Shown: piece after piece, positions 47,336 to 56,503 of the stretch
How the letters are laid out: every line of letters starts with the position of its first letter
Numbering within the stretch: position 1 is the first letter of the stretch
From: an uncultured Flavobacteriales bacterium
GTDB taxonomy: Bacteria > Bacteroidota > Bacteroidia > CAIKAF01
NCBI GenBank assembly: GCA_903837495.1
Contig: CAILUT010000059.1
Span: 8,037-72,036 of the forward strand
Reading direction: 5' to 3'
Length of the DNA: 64,000 nt
Notes under the pieces: generated by a model
Database searches by the model: none
What the model saw: only the letters and a program-made list of their open reading frames with translations
Told to the model about the DNA's origin: nothing
Made by a program: the position numbers and the translations under genes

Positions 47336-48405
47336 AAGAGCGTAATCAAGCGTTGAATGTGGCCATCTCCCTCGGCGATATCCATGGGATAGGCCCCGAA
47401 ATCATCCTTTCTGCTTTTCAAGAAGCACAATTGTTTAAGTGGTTTACACCCCTTGTTTTTGACCCCGCAGGAGCCTTGCCCCAGCTTAAAACTTCCTTTC
47501 CCGAACTGTTTCAAGACTCCGTTTTCGAAATCGGTCCGGGCGACCCCATTACCCCCAAAAAAATAAATATACTGGGGTTGCCCCAACACCCGCAGCCCCT
47601 GAATCCAGGGTCCCGAAACCCCGAGGGGGCAAAATTTGCTGTGGAATCCCTTAGGCTTGCTGTGGCTGCCATGCAACAAAACCAATGCGATTTCCTACTC
47701 ACCTGCCCCCTAGACAAAACCTACATTGCCGAATCTGGAATGCCTTTTCCTGGACATACCGAATTTCTGGGTGACCAGTTTAACGGGCAAGCTCAAATGA
47801 TTATGGTTGCCGGCCAACTTCGGGTGGGCCTGCTCACCGGCCACATGGCTTTAGAACAGGTAGTCAACTCCATTCAAGTTGATTCCATTGTTGAAAGCCT
47901 GCGGGCATTAAATGAAACCCTTAAGGTCGATTTTCAAGTAATCCGCCCAAAAATCGCCGTTCTTTCCCTAAATCCACACGCCGGCGACAATGGGAAGTTC
48001 GGTCGGCAAGAAGCCGAAATCATTCGCCCGGCACTAGACAGCTGCGTCGATAACCACGATTTGTTGGTTTTCGGACCCTTTGCCTCCGATGGTTTTTTTG
48101 GATCTGGGGCGTTCCGAAAATACGACGGAGTTCTAAGCATGTACCACGACCAAGGATTGACCGCGTTTAAAGCCTTGGCAGGGTTTGAGGGAGTTAATTA
48201 TACCGGCGGTTTATCCATTGTTAGAACCTCGCCCGACCATGGGCCCGCTTTCGATTTGGCCGGAAAAGGCCTGGCCGACCCAACTTCCTTCAGGGAAGCT
48301 CTTTTCGTGGGCCGAGATGCCTTCTTTAACCGAGCCCTTTTTCGCGAGTTGAACCAAAATCCCCTGCCCATCGCCCCAAAAGCAAAGGGAACTTTTGAAC
48401 GATAA
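47332..48405 (+). CDS. pdxA: 4-hydroxythreonine-4-phosphate dehydrogenase
   Basis: 357-aa ORF with GDIHGIGPEI, PGHTEFL and SPDHGPAFDLAGKG. It overlaps pepA by 4 nt (ATGA). Confidence 0.92.
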   Translation: MKERNQALNVAISLGDIHGIGPEIILSAFQEAQLFKWFTPLVFDPAGALPQLKTSFPELFQDSVFEIGPGDPITPKKINILGLPQHPQPLNPGSRNPEGAKFAVESLRLAVAAMQQNQCDFLLTCPLDKTYIAESGMPFPGHTEFLGDQFNGQAQMIMVAGQLRVGLLTGHMALEQVVNSIQVDSIVESLRALNETLKVDFQVIRPKIAVLSLNPHAGDNGKFGRQEAEIIRPALDSCVDNHDLLVFGPFASDGFFGSGAFRKYDGVLSMYHDQGLTAFKALAGFEGVNYTGGLSIVRTSPDHGPAFDLAGKGLADPTSFREALFVGRDAFFNRALFRELNQNPLPIAPKAKGTFER

Positions 48406-48462
48406 TCGCTGTTGTCTAACCTGCTTAAATGGGATTGTCAATATCTTTCCATAAAATTTTGA

Positions 48463-50052
<1,590 letters not shown>

Positions 50053-50055
50053 GAA

Positions 50056-50295
50056 ATGAACCTCTTAGTTGTAACTCCCGACCAAACCCTTTTCAATGGC
50101 CCCATTAAACTGGTGCAATGCCCCGGTACCGATGGCTCTTTTGAATTAATGGACAACCACGCGGCTTTAATTAGCACCTTGAAAAAAGGAAAACTTCGCA
50201 TTGTCGAAACTTCAGGCACTGAAACATCCATCGATATTCAATCGGGTGTAGTCGAAATTTCCGATAATCAAGTAACCATTCTGGCTGAAAATTAA
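50056..50295 (+). CDS. atpC: F0F1 ATP synthase subunit epsilon (short form)
   Basis: 79-aa ORF starting 4 nt after atpD, with an epsilon N-terminal beta-sandwich-like sequence (LVVTPDQTLFNGPIKLVQCPGTDGSFELM). Confidence 0.87.
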   Translation: MNLLVVTPDQTLFNGPIKLVQCPGTDGSFELMDNHAALISTLKKGKLRIVETSGTETSIDIQSGVVEISDNQVTILAEN

Positions 50296-50796
50296 GGGCT
50301 TTCCCCTTTTTTATCACCCCGATTCCTCTTTCATTCCCCTTGCTTTGGTGCCAATCCCTGAATGCCTAAGGCCTGCATTCGGCCTTCTTTCTTGGGCATT
50401 TCCCTAAGCAAATCTGCCGGCAATACCCTTCTTTCAGGTTTTTAGCATCGCCCCTTTGCGTAGATTGGCTTTTAACGGCACAATAAACCCAGGGTTTGTT
50501 CCCCAATGCCGTCTAAGCGCTGTATGCCCACATCTGAATTTCCGTGTTGCCCCACACCCGGAATTGCGAAGCGGCCTTCGGATTCTGGATGCTCTGCAAA
50601 CAATCCCATCCGATTTTAGATTGCGTTCCGCTTGCATTCCTCCGTTTGCTGCAATTGCCCCAGGGCTAGGTTGAGCTCCCTTGGCTTTGCTTGCGATGCA
50701 AGGCGTTTCATGGATGTTCAAGCCATTTTATTTCAAATTGCATTGTCCGGCCCACCCGAAAATCGACCAAATAGGTTTCCCCAATGGGGCAGCTTG

Positions 50797-51014
50797 GCCA
50801 CAACCAGAATCCAGTTGACTCTATTGCTCAGAGCTGTTCTTCCAACCACTTTATCGAATCTACGCTCCACAACCTGCAAAAATCCACTTGTTTTTCGATG
50901 CACAAGTCCACAACAAAGGGCGCAAAAGATGGCAGCAAGGGGCGAAAACTGGAATAAACCCCGCGCTCGATTCCGCTGTGCATGCCATAAGTACAATACC
51001 TTGTGTCCACAACC
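50797..51014 (-). repeat. four same-orientation copies of GGTTGTGG(A/C) (iteron-like)
   Basis: On the plus strand, (T/G)CCACAAC(C/A) occurs at 50797-50805, 50866-50874, 50907-50915 and 51006-51014, inside an ORF-less convergent gap. Confidence 0.6.
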
Positions 51015-51033
51015 GAAGGGGCATTCGGTTTGT

Positions 51034-51645
51034 TTACCGCACCCGCACCTGAAACATGGGCTGCCCTTCTAAAAACCCCTTCAACTCGTCGCCTCTGTGT
51101 ACAGGTCCAACCCCTGCCGGCGTTCCCGTAAATACGACATCGCCCATTTTCAAACTGAAATATCTACTAATATAGGCAATAAGAGTTGGAATGGAATGCA
51201 GCATGTGAGCGGTGTTCCCAACCTGAACGGGGATTCCATTTTTATGCATTTCAAAACTCAAATCCCCAAGGTCGGCAAAATCCGAAGCGGGTTTAAAATC
51301 GCCCAAGTAGGCCGACCCGTCAAAGGCCTTGGCTTTTTCCCAAGGCAAGCCTTTTGATTTTAAATCCGTTTGCAAATCCCGAGCGGTAAAGTCAATCCCC
51401 AATCCAATTTCCGAAATATACCTATGGGCAAATTCCTGTTCAATGCACTTTCCGTTCCGACCAATTTTCAAAATCAGTTCGCATTCATAATGAATGTCGT
51501 TCGATATGGCTGGAATCACAAAGGGATTGTTTCGCTGCATGACCGCCGAATCTGGCTTCATAAACAAAACGGGTTCTTCAGGTACTTCATTCCCCAATTC
51601 CCGGGCATGGTCGGCATAATTCCGACCCACACAAATAATTTTCAT
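51034..51645 (-). CDS. fumarylacetoacetate hydrolase (FAH) family protein
   Basis: It shows FAH-fold family similarity (MKIICVGRNYADHARELG, GDVVFTGTPAGVGPV). I prefer the ATG at 51645. Confidence 0.85.
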   Translation of the reverse strand: MKIICVGRNYADHARELGNEVPEEPVLFMKPDSAVMQRNNPFVIPAISNDIHYECELILKIGRNGKCIEQEFAHRYISEIGLGIDFTARDLQTDLKSKGLPWEKAKAFDGSAYLGDFKPASDFADLGDLSFEMHKNGIPVQVGNTAHMLHSIPTLIAYISRYFSLKMGDVVFTGTPAGVGPVHRGDELKGFLEGQPMFQVRVR

Positions 51646-51760
51646 ACCTGCCTTTATTTCAAATCCGACTTCGGTTTTTTCAGCACCTGAACAAAAAAGT
51701 AAACGGTGCATCCCACCACCAGAATTTGGGTAATTAAAAACGTAATCAGAGCCGAAGTAT

Positions 51761-53740
51761 TCATGGGTTTTGTTTGTTGCGTTTTAAAGAGGCCAAATAG
51801 ACCAATAGGGCTATTCCAGAAAATAAAATAATCAATAGGGTTCGTCCTACATTCAAAAGCAGCACATGTTCTCGCCGCAGCGATAGTTCATGTTGAAGCC
51901 GATCTACCTCGGTTCTTTGCTGCATGGGATTCAACTGCGATATCTTTAACTCCAGCGCTTCAATTTGTTCGTTTTCGCTGGCATTCATGCCCTTTTTAAT
52001 CAGGCTGCTGTTGTCCATGTTCCATCCTTTCCCCGCAAAAAGATTGTTCAACTCTTGTCCCCAGTCTTGGCTCTCCTCCACTCGGTAATCGCTACGTCCC
52101 AGTTCGGGAGAATGCGTTTGCACCCAGCTTCTCAATGCGGCTGTGGATACAAACCGGGCCTTAAACTCCGATTTCGGCAAGGCCGCCGAAACCTGCTCCT
52201 CTTCTACTCGAATTTGACCATATCCTTCTTTCTGCAACATCAAACCCAGCTCGGTGGCTTTTGCCTTCGTAGCAGCTGAAAAATGCAAAACAGATCGGGT
52301 AGGCGGTGTTATCAATGCCGCCGTAAATACCCCCAACAGCATAACCGGCGTTACAAATTGAATAATAAACTTAAATACCTTGGGAATCTGTATGTCGGCC
52401 CCAAGGTTTATTTCAGCCCAGCCTTTTTTCATCCCAAATATCCAAGCAAACAACACGGCCTCGGCCAAAGCAAAAAACACCAAGCCCACTGTTCCAGCCC
52501 AATAATCGTACTCGTCAAAAATGGGTTGAGTCAAAAACGAAATATGCCCTGTTGAATCGTAATCTACGACATAACCTAAAACGGTGGGCAAGCCAAACAT
52601 CAATACCACCAATCCAAAACTCAGAGCTGCTTTTTTATGTGGGACTTTAAATTCGTCCTTTAAAAATCCAATCCAAGGCGTTCCCATGGCCAACGACGAG
52701 GTGATGCCCGCAAAAAACAACAATCCGAACCAAAAAAATCCGGCAAACTTGGCCAAAATCGGTCCCCACTGTTCAAACAAGTAGGGCATGGTTTGAAAAG
52801 CCATCCCAAAACCTGCATTGTCCAATACCCAGTCAATTCCTAAGTACCCCGCCGCAATCGGTATCACAATCATGCTCCCCAAAACCACTTCTACAAATTC
52901 ATTCACAAATCCAGAGGATGTTGCGTTCAATGCAATGTCTCCTTTCGATTCTACATAGCTGGCATAACAATGTATGGTTCCCATGCCCAACGAAAGGGTA
53001 AAGAAAATTTGCCCGGCTGCAGCCAGCCATACTTTTGGATTGGCAAGCGAATCAAACTGCGGTGTCCATAAAAAGTTTATTCCGTCCCAGGCGTTGGCAT
53101 CGGGCACTGCCGCTGAAGCCCCCGAGGTTCCTAAGGTTAGCCCTCGAACAGCTAAAATCAAACCAAAAACAATCAACATTGGAACCCCAATTTTTGCTAC
53201 TTTTTCTATGCCCGAAAGGCCCGTTGACAAAATGTAGGTGTTTAGTCCCAAACACAACAAAAAGAAAACCACCCCCTCATACGGAATGCCGGTTGAACTT
53301 TGCCCGGCATCGATGTACTTTAAAAAGAAATAGGCCGATTCACTTTGCGATAAATCGGAAAAAGTGCCCACCACCGAATGGTACATGTACGACAAAGTCC
53401 ACGACTCAATATAGCAATAATAGCAGGCAACAGCCACATTGGTGAAAATCCCAAACACGCCAAGGTACTTCCACAGGGCCCGTTTTCCCATCGAATCAAA
53501 TATAAAAGGCGTGCTGTGGTTCCCTTGCCTCCCTCCATGCCTTCCCATGGCCCATTCTATCCACAGCAGCGGTATTCCCATCAGCAAAAAGCAAATTAAG
53601 TACGGAATCATAAAAGCTCCGCCCCCGTTTTGCACGGCCTGTACCGGGAAACGCAAAAAATTCCCCAGCCCCACTGCATTTCCGGCCATGGCCAAAACCA
53701 ATCCAACCCGGGAACCCCATTTTTCTTTTTCTAACGACAT
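51761..53740 (-). CDS. sodium-dependent transporter, NSS/SNF family, with long C-terminal extension
   Basis: It has the NSS hallmark AGNAVGLGNFLRFP and 12 TM segments. The ATG at 53740 (MSLEKEKWGSR) is used. About 175 extra C-terminal residues end in one further TM helix. Confidence 0.87.
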   Translation of the reverse strand: MSLEKEKWGSRVGLVLAMAGNAVGLGNFLRFPVQAVQNGGGAFMIPYLICFLLMGIPLLWIEWAMGRHGGRQGNHSTPFIFDSMGKRALWKYLGVFGIFTNVAVACYYCYIESWTLSYMYHSVVGTFSDLSQSESAYFFLKYIDAGQSSTGIPYEGVVFFLLCLGLNTYILSTGLSGIEKVAKIGVPMLIVFGLILAVRGLTLGTSGASAAVPDANAWDGINFLWTPQFDSLANPKVWLAAAGQIFFTLSLGMGTIHCYASYVESKGDIALNATSSGFVNEFVEVVLGSMIVIPIAAGYLGIDWVLDNAGFGMAFQTMPYLFEQWGPILAKFAGFFWFGLLFFAGITSSLAMGTPWIGFLKDEFKVPHKKAALSFGLVVLMFGLPTVLGYVVDYDSTGHISFLTQPIFDEYDYWAGTVGLVFFALAEAVLFAWIFGMKKGWAEINLGADIQIPKVFKFIIQFVTPVMLLGVFTAALITPPTRSVLHFSAATKAKATELGLMLQKEGYGQIRVEEEQVSAALPKSEFKARFVSTAALRSWVQTHSPELGRSDYRVEESQDWGQELNNLFAGKGWNMDNSSLIKKGMNASENEQIEALELKISQLNPMQQRTEVDRLQHELSLRREHVLLLNVGRTLLIILFSGIALLVYLASLKRNKQNP

Positions 53741-53808
53741 AAAACCTATATTAAGGATTTGAAATCGAAGATACAATTCTTTTTTTAGCCAGCCTTTTTA
53801 GGTTGTTT

Positions 53809-53959
53809 GGGCGGCAGCCGGGCTTTCAGCGCTACTCCGCGGCTCTAACCGGGCCGCTGCATGGGCAAAAGGAGCTCCCAAGGTCGCTCTTTTTCCCAAG
53901 CAGCGGCAGCCGGTCAGCCCCTTGCGGGGTAGCTGCTTCAATCCCTGCCGCAGCCGCAC
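53809..53959 (-). repeat. GC-rich structured intergenic repeat, copy E
   Basis: The reverse complement carries GTGCGGCT-GCGGCAGGGATTGA ... AGAGCGACCTTGGGAGCTC ... GAAAGCCCGGCTGCCGCCC plus an A-rich tail. Confidence 0.9.
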
Positions 53960-53972
53960 ACATCCTTAACCT

Positions 53973-54347
53973 TTATTTCTTCAGAAAGGCCTCTATTTGT
54001 TCAATCTCTGCCTCTAAATCACCTCGAACAGCCTGCAAGTCTCCCCGCAGTTTTTCTGCTTCCTGAAATACGGTGGGACTTGAATTCGGAAAATTTTCGT
54101 GCAGGATTTTTTGAATTTGCCCTATTTTTTGACTGATTTCTTCATACCCCAAGGTGCGAAATCCCGAAAGCCAGCGGTGTTGTATTTGAAACAACCGTTC
54201 CCCATCGCCCTGCTTTATTTCCGCCTCCCAATCCCTCAAATTTGCATCAAATTCGACTCGAAATTTTACAAGCAACCGGAGAATGGTTGGGGCATCGCCC
54301 GCAAACGACCGAAACATCGAATTCCCCGGACTTAAAAACCTACTCAT
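53973..54347 (-). CDS. small helical protein, possible Hpt-like phosphotransfer protein
   Basis: 124-aa ORF predicted to be helical. The segment QHRWLSGFRTLG loosely resembles the Hpt HxxKG...LG helix. It overlaps the upstream response-regulator gene by 8 nt. Confidence 0.3.
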   Translation of the reverse strand: MSRFLSPGNSMFRSFAGDAPTILRLLVKFRVEFDANLRDWEAEIKQGDGERLFQIQHRWLSGFRTLGYEEISQKIGQIQKILHENFPNSSPTVFQEAEKLRGDLQAVRGDLEAEIEQIEAFLKK

Positions 54348-55698
54348 CTTTGCCCTTTGTTTCCCGCTTCAATAGGTTGTATATGCTGCTTTTTGAAATC
54401 TGCAGTTTGTCGGCCACCACCAATACTTTCTGCTTGTATTTCTCCATATAATGGAAAATGATTTCGTTCTGATATGTTTCCATCGTTTTCTCTTCGGTCA
54501 ACAAAAGGTGGTTCTGTTTGCTTTGCCCTTGAATAACAATGTCTTCAACATCCACAACGGAATGCTTAGCCAACACCACAGCCAATTCAACAATGGCCTT
54601 TAATTCCCTTAAATTTCCGTGAAAGGAGTGGTTTTGTAATTTCTCCATGGCTTTTTTCGAGAACCTAGGCACATCCGGTTGCCTGTTTGCTGCCGATTGC
54701 CCTAAAAACCAATTGGAAAGCAGTTCAATGTCTTCCTTTCTTTGATTCAATGCCGGCATCTCAATCTGCATTGCGGTCAGCGTAAAAACAATTTCAGCCC
54801 CCAACAAATTTGAGTTAAACCAATGCTCAGAGCCAGTTTGGCTTAAAAATACCAATTGGCCCAAAACCTCAAATCGATAATTGCTGCCTTTGGCATAGAA
54901 TTGCTTGCTGCGTTGCACCTGCACCAATTGTTCTAAAATATGCACCGGCAACCGTTCAAAATGTTCGATCACCAGCGTCCCTTTGCCAATTTGAACCAGC
55001 AAACCTGTTTCGCGTTGAATTCCGGTTGAACTGATGAATTCCTGACCAAAAAGAACGGTGTTGCATTGTTCCTCGGAAAGGCCTATCGGACTAAAAACCT
55101 CAAAGGGCTGCGAGGCTAGGCCGGCATGTTGGTGAATGTATTTGGCTAAGGTTTTTTTGCCGCTGCCACTGGGACCAAAAATTAAGATGCCCGCATCCAA
55201 TTTCGACGCTTTTTCGGCCATACTTTTTGCCCGCACAAACTTGGCGTCTTTTCCAATCAACTGAACCGGTTGAATAGACTTGAACAGCTGCTTTTTCAAT
55301 CGCAAATTCTCCCGTTCCAGCTTTGCCTCTTTCAGCAAATTTTTAACAATGTTCCACAACCGATCTCGGGTTTGATCGTTTTTTACCAGGTAATCGTAGG
55401 CCCCTTGTTTCAATAAATCAACCGCCGTTTCAATGTCTTCCTGGGCCGAAACCACAACGACCTTTGATTTTTTATCTTTTTTTAAAATGCTCCTTAAGGC
55501 ATCTTTCCCCCCCATATCGGGCAAACGGCAGTCTAAGGTTATCAGTGCCGGCTTTAAACCAACCGTTTCAATGCATTCTTTTGCAGTACTAAAGCGATGC
55601 ACAGCCACATTGGGAAACAACTGAATGGAAGCTTCTAAAAACTCCCCGTACCAAGGGTCGTCCTCAACAATATATATCTGAATGACTTCATCAAGCAT
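54340..55698 (-). CDS. NtrC-family response regulator (REC-AAA+-Fis HTH) with degenerate sigma-54 contact motif
   Basis: The REC domain is intact (IVEDD, TLDCRLPDM, K in YDYLVK). The AAA+ domain has Walker A GPSGSGKKT, and sensor II GNLREL is present. The C-terminal Fis-type HTH reads ADKLQISKSSIYNLLKR. GAFTGA is replaced by FISSTGI and Walker B reads LVIEHF. Confidence 0.82.
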   Translation of the reverse strand: MLDEVIQIYIVEDDPWYGEFLEASIQLFPNVAVHRFSTAKECIETVGLKPALITLDCRLPDMGGKDALRSILKKDKKSKVVVVSAQEDIETAVDLLKQGAYDYLVKNDQTRDRLWNIVKNLLKEAKLERENLRLKKQLFKSIQPVQLIGKDAKFVRAKSMAEKASKLDAGILIFGPSGSGKKTLAKYIHQHAGLASQPFEVFSPIGLSEEQCNTVLFGQEFISSTGIQRETGLLVQIGKGTLVIEHFERLPVHILEQLVQVQRSKQFYAKGSNYRFEVLGQLVFLSQTGSEHWFNSNLLGAEIVFTLTAMQIEMPALNQRKEDIELLSNWFLGQSAANRQPDVPRFSKKAMEKLQNHSFHGNLRELKAIVELAVVLAKHSVVDVEDIVIQGQSKQNHLLLTEEKTMETYQNEIIFHYMEKYKQKVLVVADKLQISKSSIYNLLKRETKGKDE

Positions 55699-55809
55699 TT
55701 AATCCATTTTCTAGGTTAAAAGTACGCGATAGAAATTTAAAAAATAAGCAGCGCAAACTAATTTCAAACGAACGTTCAATTTGTAAAGCCCTTATTTTAA
55801 TTTTATGCC

Positions 55810-56391
55810 ATGTTCCGCTTGCAGCTGCCAACCGATCCCCGTTGGGTAAATTTAGCCACCCAAGATTTATCTGAAATTTTGAGCGACCACGCTTGGTGCG
55901 AACAAAAGGCCGCATCTTCTGCCATTTCTTTGATGGTGCAGTTTCCTGAATATCCCGAATTGGTGGAACAAATGAGTGCCTTGGCAAAAGAAGAAATGGA
56001 GCATTTTCAAAGGGTTTTTTCTGCATTGAAACAGAGGGGCCTCTCTCTGGGTCGCGAACGCAAAGACGCCTACGTGGGTGCTTTATTGGATTTTCAAATA
56101 AAGGGCCAATCTGCACAAAACCGACTGCGCGACAAATTGCTGATGGCAGCCTTAATTGAAGCCCGGAGTTGCGAACGCTTTAGATTGCTGTCGGAGCAGC
56201 TTCCCGACCCAGAACTCAAAGCCTTTTACCGTGAATTAATGGAAAGCGAAGCCGGCCATTATACCCTGTTTATTGCCTTAGCCCGAAACCTGACAGGCCG
56301 CGATGCCACCGATGAACGCTGGAAAGAATGGCTGGACTACGAAGCCGGAATTTTACTCCAGTTTTCAGAAGGCAAAGGCATTCACGGATAA
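55810..56391 (+). CDS. miaE: tRNA-(ms2io6A37)-hydroxylase MiaE
   Basis: 193-aa ORF with ferritin-like diiron motifs (KEEMEHF, ESEAGHY) and the MiaE-type N-terminus DPRWVNLA...LSDHAWCEQKAA. Confidence 0.85.
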   Translation: MFRLQLPTDPRWVNLATQDLSEILSDHAWCEQKAASSAISLMVQFPEYPELVEQMSALAKEEMEHFQRVFSALKQRGLSLGRERKDAYVGALLDFQIKGQSAQNRLRDKLLMAALIEARSCERFRLLSEQLPDPELKAFYRELMESEAGHYTLFIALARNLTGRDATDERWKEWLDYEAGILLQFSEGKGIHG

Positions 56392-56503
56392 TTTAATGCA
56401 TCAAAGAGCCAAATTTCCTGCTGCTGTTTTTGGGGTGCCAAATCCGATGCCTACCTTTAACTGATTTATCTGAATCTGGGTTCTACTCCTAATTTACACT
56501 CGA

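Noticed and set aside
50797-51014. Chromosomal replication origin (oriC), suggested by DnaA-box-like TCCACA repeats.
   Set aside because: The boxes match only 6-7 of 9 consensus positions. There is no adjacent AT-rich unwinding element, since the region is about 50 % G+C. No dnaA, dnaN or other origin-linked genes are nearby. I kept it only as a low-probability alternative within the finding.
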